A stretch of DNA of 64,000 nucleotides from Eledone cirrhosa (lineage: Eukaryota): the NCBI GenBank assembly GCA_964016885.1, contig OZ024742.1, positions 66,278,001 to 66,342,000 of the forward strand, given 5' to 3'. The notes under the pieces were generated by a model. The model did no database searches. It had not been told where the DNA came from and saw nothing but the letters and a program-made list of their open reading frames with translations. This document shows positions 44,528 to 57,559 of this stretch, piece by piece. Positions within the stretch are counted from its first letter, which is position 1, and the number at the start of each line of letters is the position of its first letter. Made by a program: the position numbers and the translations under genes.

Positions 44528-46068
44528 ATGACCTCACTCAGAATAGGCAGCATAAATGCGCGTGGCTTGGGGTCGTCATGGAAGCAGGGCCACCTGCTCA
44601 ACGACCTAAGGTTACTAAACATAAATGTAGTGGCCATCAGAGAGACCAGAATCTCCGAAGCACGGGCCTTCGCACCGATCTTCGGCGGCTACGATGTGTA
44701 CGCCGATCCCAGCCGTCCGGGATCAGGGGGAGGAGTTGCTGTGCTTTTTCGGAGAGGTTTGTATCTCGCTATACGGGCCATCTTCCTGGACCCAGAAGGT
44801 AAGTTGGTGATGCTAGACGTGACCAGCGGAGAAGGGCAAGCTTTCAGGCTAGTGGCCGTCTATGCCCCGACAGGAGCAGGGCGGCCTGATTTCTTCCGGC
44901 GTCTGGAGACCTTTCTTGGAACGTCCCGCTCTTTAGTGACTGGAACGGGATCTTAGATGCACGCTGGGACTGTGTGGGATTAGCGGATAGGGGGGGAGGG
45001 TGCAAGATCCTCACCAACCTGCTCAGGTGTTTTGAACTGTCTGACAGGTACCGATTGGATTTTCCGAATGTGCCAATGTGGGCTTGGACAAATCGCATAG
45101 GGTCATCCAGATCATATCTAGATAGAGTATTTTGTAGAGAAATAGATAGGTCTAGCATAGGCTGTCCACAATTCAAGATAGTCAGCTACACGGACCACAA
45201 ATTCGTGATCTGTGTGCTTGACATAGATAGGCTTCATAGACGAGGACCCGGCTACTGGAAGCTAAACGCCTCCTTACCAGCGCGCAAGACTTACAGAGAC
45301 CGGATAAGCGAAATAGTTAAGCGGGCTTTGACGGGGGCCATCGTCAACAACAAGTGGTGGTTTGCTCTGAAAAGAGCGATTAGAATAGAGCCAATTAGGT
45401 TTAGTAAGGCTTTAGCAATAGAGAAAAATAGAGCAGAGGGAGAATTAGTTAGAAAATTAGACGAGGCGCTTAGCAAAGTCATCGCAACTGACGTACTTGC
45501 GGCGAAATTGGCCCTTGACCAATTCTTCAATGCAAAGCACGAAGGCTGCGTTGTCAGGGCTAGGGTGTGTGCTCTCAGACACGAGGGGACGAAAGCCGTT
45601 CAATGGGCCCGAGTGGCGGAGGCGCGTCGTGGCAACAAAGCCACGATCCGGTCTTTGGTGGACCACGACGGGCACATGCTACTCGATCCCGGGAAAATGT
45701 GTGAAGCTTTTCAGCGACATTTCGCGCAGTTGTTCGGGGGCAGCGGCGGGCCGGATCGAGGAATGGACTTTAGTGTCTACCTCGAAGGACTGCCGCGGCT
45801 CTCGGCAACTGAGGCGGAGTGTTGCGAAAAGCCGATAACAGCCGCTGAAGTACGTGAGGCAATGACTAGATGCACAAGGAGTAAATCGCCTGGTTTGGAT
45901 GGTCTGCCCTATGAACTTTACGTACAGATGCCAGACTTGTTCGGAGGCCTCTTGGCGGACGTCTACTGCAACTGGCAACAGAACGGGAGAATTCCCAGCT
46001 CTGTGAGCCGAGTAGCTGTGGCGCTGCTGAGAAAGGATCCGAACAAGGGGGATAACATAGATAATTGA
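44528..46068 (+). pseudogene. Tx1-like ORF2 fragment (AP endonuclease and tether), frameshifted and truncated before the RT
   Basis: ORFs 44528-44956 and 44974-46068. Confidence 0.88.
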
Positions 46069-47324
46069 CGGAGTTGCAATCCTGTGTCAAGCGAAGACCG
46101 AGAGGGAGCGCTTGGAGACTAGAATGTCTTCAGGCGCTCACAGCCCTCGACCAATCGGGCAATGTGATCGGTGAAACTCCACCTTGGCGTTCTATAGAGG
46201 ATTAGTGGAGGGGAAGAGCGACGACGTACTTGGGGAAACTCCAGGCGTCGACGAAAATCAACTAGCCAATCTCTTCGGAAGAACTTTCGGGCCGGGGCCT
46301 ATGGACAACTTCCAGAAATCCCTGGCCTGGCAGTGCTAGCGAGGAGGTTTGCCAGTTCGGGATAAACTCTACAGGCATGGAGGTGCCGTCAGCCGGGCAT
46401 GTCCGAGATGCGCGCAGGGCGACGAAACCATCCCGGACGCACTCGTCCAGTGTCCGAGCATTGCTTACTTGTGGGTTTATGTGGAACACCTGCTGTCGCG
46501 TGTAGGACGGATCCAGCTATCAGCTGAGTCCATCGTGAGAATTGCCCCGCCCTCTCCCTTTAGCCGGGAAAGGCAGGAATTTTTATCTCTCTGGTGGCCA
46601 TGGCGAAAGAGATAGTATGGTGGACACGTTTGAAAGGGCTGAAGACGAGCACTTACCTCTTCGGTGATACACTGATTAACTTTTTCAAATTTCATTTAGA
46701 AGGAAAATCAGGGTAGAAAGGGAAGTGCTCTCTTCCCAGCATTTTGTTGAAAGATGGGTGAGAGAGGCAAGAATGGCCCGAGTGAATGGGCCTACTCTGA
46801 GTATGTGTCAGTAAATTAAAGGTGGAAAACTGGGAGAGGGCACTTGACCTGGTGGTCAGGGTCACTGTGGCTTTTTAATGGGCTTTCTCCACGAATGTGC
46901 CTCGGAAGTCTCTTCCCTATTGGGGAATGTTTTCATTGTTCTATTATTACATCCTCTGTCTCTTGTTTTTTACACGCAGAAATGCCCATTTTCACCGCCC
47001 TGTATTGTCCTGTACTGTCCTTAATGTCTACTTTATGTAGACCCTTGGGGTTAATAAAGAAAGCTTTATTATTATTATTATTTTTATTACTATTATTATT
47101 ATTAATACTGTCATTATAATTAATATTATTTTCAGTATTTTTTTCTATATACTCAATATTATTGTTATATCCAACTTTACATGACGCTTCGTTATAATAT
47201 ACGGATTTACTATTAAATATGGATCTATTAGCACATAGTCCGGATATTCTTTGTTGCACACTGTTGACTATTGCATTCTTAACACTTTTAGGATGATTAG
47301 AATAACAACTAACATAATTTAATT

Positions 47325-47382
<58 letters not shown>

Positions 47383-47709
47383 ACTTTATATTTGTATTAA
47401 TCTCCAGAGTCTAGCTATTGACCAGTTAATTTTCTTGATTTTTTTTAGTTAATTCGATTGACTGATGAATAGCTTTTGTTTATTTTAAAACCATTCTGTT
47501 GAGAACTTAATTCGTTTTGTGATATTTTGCAATTTTGCAATAATAACACACTTACTGGATTCATCCGCCAAAACTAAGGGATGCCCACCTTGTCGAGCTC
47601 CACGTGGATTTTGATAATGGTCAGTCCTTCGCTTGGCACTTGAACTAAAAGCCTGTTGAGAAAGTGACTTCCTTATTCGATCATCTTACCAAAAGCTTAA
47701 CATTATTTG

Positions 47710-47828
47710 TCTGAGTTCAAATCCCGCCGAGGTTGACTTTGCCTTTCATCCTTACGGGGTCGATAAAATAAAGTACCAGTAATGCACTGGATAATTGCTG
47801 GCCTTGTGCCTGAAGTAGAAACAATTAT
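47710..47828 (+). mobile_element. tRNA-derived SINE (5'-truncated)
   Basis: B box, core and tail as at 26841. Confidence 0.85.
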
Positions 47829-47962
47829 TTGTCTAAGCAGACAGTACTTGATTTAGGATTTGCAGAAACCCAAATAGTGGATTTTACCAACCTTCTGAAA
47901 TAAAGGGTGTACATATATGGCCAGGCCTTGTTATCTTGTTAAAAAAACAACAACTAAAAATA

Positions 47963-48051
<89 letters not shown>

Positions 48052-48654
48052 GTGTGCGTGTGCGTGTGTGTGTGTGTATATGTGTGTGTCTGTGTGTCTG
48101 TCGCCTATGACAGTGTCAGTCTCCTAGTTGTTTATGACATATAACCCCTAGTATACTGGCACTGAACAGTCGTATGTTGAAAAGTGCTATAATCTATTAT
48201 TAATCTATTACCTCTAAGTTTTCTTTATCCAAGTTATCATTTATCTTTAAAATTGAAAAGTGCTTTATGGAGCGACGTACTTGTTAATTATATAAAGTCA
48301 AAATACTACTTACTGAATACCCTGCTTCCATGGAATGTATGATAATTTTGGTTATGCATATCGATAATTAGGTGGTTTGCCCGATAAAGAACATGCGTTT
48401 CATCAAGTAATTCTACCAATTGATTTGTACTAGGTTAAGATATATGAATTTTGGTACTTGCGTTAACATATGAAATATTACTGTGAGAAAATTCAAAACT
48501 GCGGAAAGTAGCTGTTCTGAAATAAAGGGTGAAAATAATAGCCAGGCCTTGTTATCTTGTTAAAAAAACAACAACTAAAACTATGTTTTCAAGCTCTCTC
48601 ATCACAAGAATGTTATCTCGTTTATTTTAAATAATCTTTCCAGATACTTAAAAT

Positions 48655-48875
48655 AATGGTTTCTACTATAGGGACTAGGCCAGCAATAATGGGGAAGGGG
48701 AAAGTCGATTAGAGCAACCCTAGTGCGTGAATGATACTTTATTTTATCGACACCGTAAGGATGAAAGGCAAAGTTAACCTTGGCGGGATTTGAACTCAGA
48801 TCATAAAGAGACGTAACTCTATGCTGCAAAGCATGTTGTCCGACGCTCTCGCAATACTGCCAATGGACCGCCCTT
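48655..48875 (-). mobile_element. tRNA-derived SINE
   Basis: Reverse complement of the family: aggatgaaaggcaaagttaacc...gatttgaactc...tactgccaat. Confidence 0.85.
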
Positions 48876-49216
48876 AAAGTAATAATAATAAACGAGTTGT
48901 AGATTATTATATGAGGAATCTTTTAGTGTGGAAACGATTAAAAAATGCCCACCGAAACTCTTGAGTTGGTAAATTAGAAATAATAGCAGTTTCATGAATA
49001 TGCATTTGTGTCTTTCTGTGCGTATCGTATATAAGCAGATATTTGATATCAATGATGCACTTAATATAATTTATTCTGCCCATGCGATGTAATCGATACG
49101 CCCAATAATAATGCGATATCTCCAATTCAACTTCTCAGTATCAAATAACATTCTATTATTCTTGTTTCCAATAAAGAACGATTCGAACGCACATGATACA
49201 TAAGTATATGTATGTA

Positions 49217-49305
<89 letters not shown>

Positions 49306-49306
<1 letters not shown>

Positions 49307-52263
49307 CATCGGCTAAAGTCACCACTCACTTATGTGGAGTGAAGATGAAAAAACAAAGGAATTCCCACAAGAAATCTACTTGGCAAGATAACATCAATCG
49401 CCAAATAAACCTTCTCCGATCTGACATAGAAATTTTAACAAACTATAAAGTAGGTGAACATGTTAAACAAACTAAACTTAGAAAATTGAAAAAAAAGTAC
49501 AGTATAAGATCAACATGTGACATAGACATGCTGATAGAAACAATCAAGCAAAAAGTGTCGGCCAAAGCTGCTCGTATAAGGCGCTTTGAAAAACGATCTA
49601 GATTCTATAAGGACAATAATATGTTCAAAAACAACCAAAGAAACTTCTACAGAAAAATTGGTAAGTCAACAATAACTGCTAAATCAATACCACCCAAGGA
49701 GGAAGTGCAAGAATTCTGGGAAAAGATCTGGGCCGAAGAAAAAGTTCATAACATACATGCCCCATGGATAGACAGACAAATGAAAGAAACAGCTCACCTT
49801 GAAGAACAAACATGGGAAAATATAACAGTTGAACAGCTGCGCTTGGCTCTAAGAAAAACCAGCAAATGGAAATCCCCAGGAAAAGACAAAATACAAAACT
49901 TTTGGATAAATGCCTTCACAGAGTCTCATGAGCTGTTGGCCCAACTTTACAATGAAATAGTTAAGGAGCCAGAAAAGATACCATCATGGCTAGTTAACGG
50001 CATTACATTCCTGCTACCGAAGAATGATGAGACAAACAATCCCAAAAATTACAGACCGATAACCTGCTTGACCACAATGTATAAAATTTTAACATCAGTC
50101 CTAACTGAATACACATATGACCACCTGATAACAAATGACCTATTTCCCATTGAGCAGAAAGGGTGTAAACGAGGCTCATATGGCTGTAAGAATCAGCTTC
50201 TGGTTAACAAAATGATACTGGAAGATTGTCATAATAGACACAAAAATCTATCGATTGCTTGGATAGATTATAAAAAAGCATTTGATAGTTTGCCACACAG
50301 TTGGATTGAAAAATGTTTAGAGATTTTCAAAATATCCCCCGTTGTCAGGAGGTTTTTGTCATTCAGTATGAGGACATGGAGAACGACACTCCTTTTGAAT
50401 AGTGAAACAAAATCACTGGAAGCTGGAGAAGTTAACATTAATTGTGGAATTTTTCAGGGTGACTCTTTATCACCGCTTTTATTCTGCATCGCACTTATAC
50501 CATTAAGTAAAATGCTCAATGAAACAAAACATGGATATAGAGTCTATGACAAAACCATTAATCACCTGTTCTACATGGATGACCTGAAACTATTCGCAAA
50601 AAATGATGAACAATTGCAAGGGCTATTATCCACTGTGAAGCAGTTCAGTGATGACATTAAAATGGAGTTTGGACTGGATAAATGCGCCAAAGCAACGTTC
50701 ACCAGAGGAAAGCTGCTGAAGAGTTCAGACATTAATCTTGATCGGGGGAACGTGATAAGAGAGCTTGATCAAGAACAAACTTACAAATATCTAGGTGTTT
50801 GTGAAGGAGACGGAATCAAGCACTCGACAATGAGGGAAAGGATAAGGAAGGAATGTTACCGCAGAGTCAGAGCAATCTTAAGAACGGAATTGAATGCAAG
50901 GAATAGGATCGATGCCATAAACACGCTTGCCATACCAGTAGTAACCTACAGTTACAATGTCATCAACTGGTCAAGCACAGAGATCCGTAGGCTCGATACA
51001 AAAATCCGAAAATTCTTAACCATGCACAGAATGCATCACCCTAAGGCAGACATAGATAGAATATATCTCCCTAGGAAAGAAGGAGGACGTGGGTTAATCC
51101 AGTTAGACATTGCGTTGAAAACTGCAACAATTGGATTATCCACATATCTAAGGGAATCACATGATTGGATGATCAAACTCGTTTTGAAACACGAAAGCAC
51201 CAAAAGATCATATTCCATTACAAAAGATGCACAAAGATACAGTAATGGACTACAAATTTCAGAAGTCCCATTTACTGCTGAAATGGAAAACACAGAAAAA
51301 GCAAAGCAGGTAAAAGTAACTGCAAAGAAAGAACTGCTACAGAAACTGGCTAAGAAATGGCAAGAAAAGCCTCTGTATGGAAAATACCCAGAGCGAGCTA
51401 ACAATCCTGATGTTGACAAAACTTTAACCCATCAGTGGTTGGCATCCTCTGGACTGAAATCGGAGACTGAAGGACTGATTATCTCCGCACAAGATCAGTG
51501 TCTGCCAACAAAAAATTACCAAGCCAACATAATAAAAAATGGGTGCAGCCCATTATGCCGTGTATGCAAAAAACAACCAGAGACCATTGACCATATAATT
51601 TCAATGTGCAGTCCTATAGCTCCAACCGAATACCTAAACAGGCATGACAGAGCTGCACAATACATACATTGGATAATGTGTAAGCATTTTGACCTGCCCC
51701 ATCAAAAGAATTGGTGGGAGCATCAACCACCTCCCATACTTGAAAAAGATCACATCTCAATCTTGTGGAACTTTAGCATCCAAACAGACCGAAAAATAGA
51801 TGCAAATAGACCTGATATAATATTGAAGGACTTTCAAAGGAGGGTATGCCTGCTAATTGATATGTCTGTTCCAATAGACAAGAATGTATCTATAAAAACA
51901 TTTGAAAAATTGAGCAAGTATAAGGACCTGGAGATAGAAATTGGAAAAATGTGGAAATTGAGAACTAAAACAATACCAGTGGTTGTAGGCGCTCTGGGAA
52001 TGATACCTAAGGGGTCTAACGACTACTTATCGCAAATCCCAGGAAACCCGCGTATAGGAGAAATACAAAAGATAGTACTAATGGGAACTGCCCATATACT
52101 AAGGAAGATCCTGTCAATATAAGTACATCACAAGTCTAAACACTAAGGATGCATGTGTGAATATGTGTGTTCTTTCTTGAACATGGCGGACCTTGTTGTC
52201 TCTTGAGGTCACTGGTTGTGACTTGGTGATAACTCGTATAAACATAAAGCAAGATAAATGCAA
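49306..52263 (+). mobile_element. R4/Dong-type non-LTR retrotransposon, 5'-truncated, in (AAT)n
   Basis: (AAT)n at 49234-49305 and again after 52263. Single RT-RLE ORF and a short 3' UTR. Confidence 0.93.
49339..52122 (+). CDS. Reverse transcriptase + CCHC finger + restriction-like endonuclease (927 aa, uninterrupted, lacking the native N-terminus)
   Basis: WKSPGKD, NYRPITCL, WIDYKKAFDS, GIFQGDSLSP, YMDD, YKYLG; CRVC...ETIDHIISMC; RHD; RPDI..D; KLSKYKDL. Confidence 0.93.
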   Translation: MKMKKQRNSHKKSTWQDNINRQINLLRSDIEILTNYKVGEHVKQTKLRKLKKKYSIRSTCDIDMLIETIKQKVSAKAARIRRFEKRSRFYKDNNMFKNNQRNFYRKIGKSTITAKSIPPKEEVQEFWEKIWAEEKVHNIHAPWIDRQMKETAHLEEQTWENITVEQLRLALRKTSKWKSPGKDKIQNFWINAFTESHELLAQLYNEIVKEPEKIPSWLVNGITFLLPKNDETNNPKNYRPITCLTTMYKILTSVLTEYTYDHLITNDLFPIEQKGCKRGSYGCKNQLLVNKMILEDCHNRHKNLSIAWIDYKKAFDSLPHSWIEKCLEIFKISPVVRRFLSFSMRTWRTTLLLNSETKSLEAGEVNINCGIFQGDSLSPLLFCIALIPLSKMLNETKHGYRVYDKTINHLFYMDDLKLFAKNDEQLQGLLSTVKQFSDDIKMEFGLDKCAKATFTRGKLLKSSDINLDRGNVIRELDQEQTYKYLGVCEGDGIKHSTMRERIRKECYRRVRAILRTELNARNRIDAINTLAIPVVTYSYNVINWSSTEIRRLDTKIRKFLTMHRMHHPKADIDRIYLPRKEGGRGLIQLDIALKTATIGLSTYLRESHDWMIKLVLKHESTKRSYSITKDAQRYSNGLQISEVPFTAEMENTEKAKQVKVTAKKELLQKLAKKWQEKPLYGKYPERANNPDVDKTLTHQWLASSGLKSETEGLIISAQDQCLPTKNYQANIIKNGCSPLCRVCKKQPETIDHIISMCSPIAPTEYLNRHDRAAQYIHWIMCKHFDLPHQKNWWEHQPPPILEKDHISILWNFSIQTDRKIDANRPDIILKDFQRRVCLLIDMSVPIDKNVSIKTFEKLSKYKDLEIEIGKMWKLRTKTIPVVVGALGMIPKGSNDYLSQIPGNPRIGEIQKIVLMGTAHILRKILSI

Positions 52264-53029
52264 ATAATAATAATAATATTTATAGTTATGTATATACTAT
52301 AAACAACTATAAATAGGAAATGTCAGTAATTTCCTACTACCTTATTACCAGTAAGAGAAATAGCTCATTTATTTATTATATATATATATATATATATAAA
52401 GAATATATGATAGGGATAAACACTGATACAAGTATACATGTGTTCGCATGTATTCATTCGTATTACACGGCTCAGAAATATTACTTTCTTTGAGCTATTT
52501 AATTGTAAAAGACTGTTTGAATTTATAACTCTATATATAATATTCTCGGCTCCATGCGTTGAGCTAAATTTTAGTCCCATAAAACCGGCTGCTATTTTTA
52601 GCGGCACGAGTATGGGACGTGCTAGGCGCTGTGACACATGTGCGTTCAACAACACATTTCTCTCAGCTTCTTAAGTATTTTGAAGTGAAACTTACCAATT
52701 TCTGGATATCTACAGAAGAGCATTTAAAATAAAAAAATGTGTCCAGGTATCACGGCTATTGCCAATATAGGTTTGTTTTTATTGATTTATTATTTTAAAA
52801 TGAGACAGGCAAACCGTATTATTTTAATTAGTATTTTTCAATCTAGCTAACTTGGTCATTTGCAATGCGAGCACATGTATACTTGTATCAGTGTTTATCC
52901 CTATCATATATTCATATGTATTACACGGCTCAGAAATATTCCTTTCTTTGAGCTATTTAATTGTAAAAGACTATTTGAGTTTATAACTCTATATATGATA
53001 CATATGTATATATATATATATATATATAT

Positions 53030-53207
53030 ACAAATAAAGATTCAGCGAGAGTCGCATTTCGGCGGGCAGGAAAAGCGAAGCGAAACGCAAAAATCAGAAA
53101 TGATACTGGCAAAGTGCTCCATAGTTAAAAACCAGAGCTAAGCACTGTGTTAAGAAGCTATAAAAAACTGAAAAGGTGGTCAAGAAGGCATTAACCACCC
53201 AAGCCAA
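53030..53207. repeat. Dispersed repeat, direct copy at 58115-58297
   Basis: acaaataaagattcagcgaga...ttaaccacccaagcca in both copies, each starting at (TA)n. Confidence 0.85.
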
Positions 53208-53295
53208 AAACTAAATCTAGCTAAACAGGTCAAAACAAAATAAATGATAAAAAATAAATGAATATATATATATATATATATATGGAGAGAGAGAG

Positions 53296-54068
53296 AATAA
53301 GAAAAAGCGAAGTAGTTTCAGATGATAATCCTGTGATACATATTTCAATGACGACAATGGCTACACGGTTCGGTGTACCCAGTGCCGTGACATCATCAGA
53401 CAGCTCCTTACATAATAAGGTTATGTTTCCGAGGCAATCCAAATTGAATCGACATAGGAACGGTAAAAGCGTGTGCTCTTGAATTCTTCGCCAGTTCCCT
53501 TGTGAGATCCAATTCACCCCACCGGTCTAAGCAGGCGCAAGTCCGAAGGAAGTTGACCATCAACTACCCCAAAGTTCTACGAATCTCGCCTAGGCAGGTC
53601 CCCCTCACAACCAAACAATCACCCCATCCAGGTCTGTAATATAACACGATTATAGTTTACTGCTAGCCACCCTGCCAGTGGCATTTGGCCGAAAGCTAGT
53701 GGGGGTGGGAGAGTATGAGTTTCAATAGGTCTCAATACTTGTTTCTACTTTAGGCACAAGGCCAGCAATTACCCAGTGCATTACTGGTACTTTATTTTAT
53801 CGACCCCGTAAGGATGAAAGGCAAAGTCAACCTCGGCGGGATTTGAACTCAGATCGTAAAGGGACGTAACTATGCTTGAAAGCATGGCGTCCGACCCTCT
53901 ACCGATAGTGCCAATCCACCCTTAAATTAAGCATGGACAGTAGGTTTGACCATCAACCGCTAAGAGAATATATACTTATTTCTAGGTATTATGGTTTCAC
54001 TGTGGAAATTATGATTGAGAATTAGAAATTAAAACTAAAAATTAGAAATTAAAAAAATTACAAGTTAA
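53296..54068. repeat. ~600-bp duplicated unit (second copy 55047-55645); this copy carries a SINE insertion
   Basis: gaataagaaaaagcgaagtagtt...ttacaagttaaa in both copies. Confidence 0.88.
53739..53920 (-). mobile_element. tRNA-derived SINE
   Basis: Family match; absent from the paralogous site at ~55490. Confidence 0.9.
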
Positions 54069-54107
54069 ATTCTTGATTGAAGTAAGTAAAAAAATATATG
54101 TACATAT

Positions 54108-54295
54108 AATTGTTTCTACTTTAGGCACAAGGCCAGCAAAAACCTAGTGTATTACTGGTACTTTATTTTATCGACCCCGTAAGGATGAAAGGCAAAGTAA
54201 ACCTCGGCGGGATTTGAACTCAGACCGTAAAGGGAAGTAACTATGCTGGAAAGCATGGTGTCCGACTCTCTAAGGATACTGCCAATCCACCGCCT
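54108..54295 (-). mobile_element. tRNA-derived SINE
   Basis: Family match, full length. Confidence 0.9.
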
Positions 54296-56846
54296 TATTA
54301 TATGCACATATAATAACTAATAAATAGGGAGATGTTTAAATTATAGTAAGAAGTTTTGAAAGGGGGATCAATATTACAGATATATTATCCATATATTGAA
54401 CGATAGTACTGTACAGTAGAACGGAGGGTAAATTACAGTAAGAAACGTAGTAGTTCGGCAAAAACATATTTAATATCCCTATCACATGAATCAAAACAAA
54501 AAATGCAAAATATAAAATACACAAAAAATACAAAAAATACATAGATGCAAAATGAGATAGGAGATATATATGTAAAATGAGATAGGAGATATATATGAGA
54601 AACATATACGAGGAAGGTAAATTGTATGGAAATGAGGGTATAAGTGGTTAAGATCATTGTCAATTGTGTCCATTTAAAGTGCATATAAAAATTCGTTATC
54701 TGATGAAGTGAGGGAACTTTCATTCAAGGCCTCTGATCAAATGCAATTTGCTGCAGGAAAATAGGGTTTTATCGTTGTTTTTTGTTCCGCGTATTTATCC
54801 TGTCGAAAGTTAGTTTATAATTGTATGTCCATCCAGTAGCAGGGATATCCAGTGTGTGTAATCAATACCCATGGTAGAGGGAATTTTCGTGTGTAGCTGA
54901 TAGCTGGTTTCGCTCTTCCCCACTATATCGGTTATACCATAGAGCGCTCAACGTTTTGTAGCTAAATTCTTAAGGTAAATATTGATGCAATTCATTTCAA
55001 GCACTCAACGTATTTTTTCCACATAGGAGTGACGGAGTATATATCGAATAAGAAAAAGCGAAGTAGTTGCAGATGTTAAAGTCCTTTAATGATATGCTGT
55101 GATACATTTTTCAATGACGATTCGGTGCACCCAGTGCCGTGACGTCATCAGACCGCTCCTTACACAATACAGTTATGTTTCCGAGGCAATCCAAATTGAA
55201 TCGACATGGAAAAGGACAAATCGAGTGCTCTTGAATTCTTCGCCCGTTCCCTTGTGAGTCCCAATTCACACCCACCAGTCTGCGCAGGCGCAAGTCCGAA
55301 GGAAGTTGACCATCAGCTACCCCAAAGTTCTACGAAACTCGCGTAGGCAGGTCCTCCTCTCAACTAAACAATCACCCCTTCTAGGTCTGTAATATGACTC
55401 GATTATAGTTTACTGCTAACCACCCTTCTAGTGGCATTTGGCCGAAAGCTAGTGAGGGTGGGAGAGTATGAGTTTCAATAGGTCACAATACTACCCTTAA
55501 ATTCAGCATGGACAGTAGGTTTGACCACACTCGCTAAGAGAATATATACTTATTTCTAGGTATTATGGTTTCACTCTGGAAATTATGATTGAGAATTAGA
55601 AATTAAAACTAAAAATTAAACATTTTAAAAAAGTTACAAGTTAAAATCATATATATATGTATCAGAGATGCCTGTTCTCCAAAACGAAAATACATAGCTT
55701 TATTTACTTAGACTTTAACACACATATGCTTGTGCATGTATGTATCTGCACATGTGTGTGTGTTTGGGTGAGTTTGTGTGTAAGCGAGTATATATTTTAT
55801 AACACCAAATTATTATTTATTTGAAATTAACCTATGTTTTTTTCAGTATAATAGATATTCAAATAACATTTTGGAAATGTAATATTATCCTTCACACTCA
55901 GATTAATGGGTATCAAGGAAACCTATGTTTGAATTAATTTCACCATTTCAGATCGTGTTATCTGTTATTCGATATAATCTCACATTTTCTCACAGAGATG
56001 CGTTCACGTCTTTTAATGTTGATTCTAAATGATCTCTTGGGATGTTCTTTTATTATTTTGTTGATGGTGTCAGATGATCTCTAGGACAACATTATTCTTG
56101 TAATATAAATACTTTCATCACGTTAAAGTGTAATTTGAAATAGATTTGGGTATCACCTTTTCTATGCCACATGGTCATAAACTGATTCAAACCGATTTAA
56201 CCAATATTAAAGATTTCCGAAACACCTTTTCATCAAACATTCGTTAGCCTATGCCTTGGTAGCGTGTAGAAATGTCTGCGGTCTTATTGTTGAAATACTT
56301 GACAACATCAACTGAAGAGCAAGCAGATTTGTGGAAACAGTCATTTACGGACTAGGTTTGCGGATTGTTTGAAAAGAAAATACAGTAAACTGAATCACAA
56401 CAATTAGATCGTTTTGACTTTCATATGCCGAAGATAAACAAGAAATCAATACAAAATACCTGATTCACAAACAAATAACTATGCAGGGAAAACACCTAGA
56501 TATGAAAATAAATGTAGACTCTGCAGAATTAACATCAACTATGTCACTTATGTCACGGGAGTTGTCCAAAACTATCATCAGGGTAGTATCTATCTATGAG
56601 GCATGAAGTAGTAATCAAAACTTTATAAGAAGCAACCCATAAAAAAGATAGCCTCGACAATAGACATATTAAAAGTGACAGCAATATGGAAGACATATAC
56701 GTACATAATATAAAAGACTACTGAAAGAATGTTCCAGTTAAAATCAAAATAAAATGCAAGCATAACAGGCCAAATATAATGATATGGGCCAGGGAAAAGA
56801 ATCCATACACAGTTCTGAAAGTCAGCTGCCCCGCAGATGCTAATAT

Positions 56847-56936
56847 AATTGTTTCTACTTTTTGACACTAGGCCAACAATTACCCAGTAAAGTACTGGTA
56901 CTTTATTTTATCGACCTCGTAAGGATGAAAGGCAAA
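56847..56936 (-). mobile_element. tRNA-derived SINE, 3' half
   Basis: aattgtttctactt...gtaaggatgaaaggcaaa. Confidence 0.8.
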
Positions 56937-57559
56937 ATATAATATTACATATTAGCGAAATGCAGAACTAATGAGGAATCTGCAGATAGTCCACCCTGAC
57001 TATGCCTTCAGATTAATACATATACTCATATCCGATATATTAGTAACTGCCTCAGTACACATGGATTGGCTTGAAAAGAAAACACATTAAACTGACTTTC
57101 ATATGACTAACATACGTGCTGTCTACTCTTATTTTTTCGTGTCCTCCCTGCTTTTTATATTGCTATTACGGTTGGATGCTGAAAGTTAGGACGCATGCAT
57201 TACTCTTCCATTCATCACCCTTGCGGTATCCTAAACATTTATCGACACTTAAATAAAAACGCTATCCGAGTTCTGGAGATAGAGAGAGTAAAACGAAAGA
57301 AATTGGAGAGATACTGACAAGAAGAGAGAATCGGTATACAAGAAGAGAGTATCGGTATACACGGTATGTGTATGCGTATATGCACTTATTACATATGCTT
57401 GTTTGCTTGTGTGCGTATGATTGTGCGTATGTCTACTGTGTATATAAATAGTTATGTTTGATATCTATAAATATACACACTCATCAACCTCGCTGTCTGT
57501 GGAATACGATCGATAGTAGAAATAATAACACGATATAAAGCATTGAGCTTCCCTGTATC

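Larger units (their letters stand above)
42341..47067 (+). mobile_element. L1/Tx1-clade LINE with both ends present but the RT deleted, inserted in (TTA)n
   Basis: ORF1 remnants with the knuckle CIVCGEGTHLRAVC. ORF2 APE: IGSINARGL, IRET, VYAP, SYLDRV, TDH, GYWKLN, KSPGLDGLPYE. The sequence jumps at ~46067 to the C-terminal CPRC..ETI zinc region. Ends with aataaa and (TTA)n. Confidence 0.9.
39670..47330 (-). mobile_element. Penelope-like element 4, decayed and split by three nested insertions
   Basis: 47100-47330: HPKSVKNAIVNSVQQRISGLCANRSIFN...YNEA...GY. 41962-42285: IIWYAPP...KCFPRSHKY. 40876-41365: CNCRK...YIGATSS...CNLCNRE...LINKKNELFRSCQH. Then an AT-rich tail. Confidence 0.82.
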
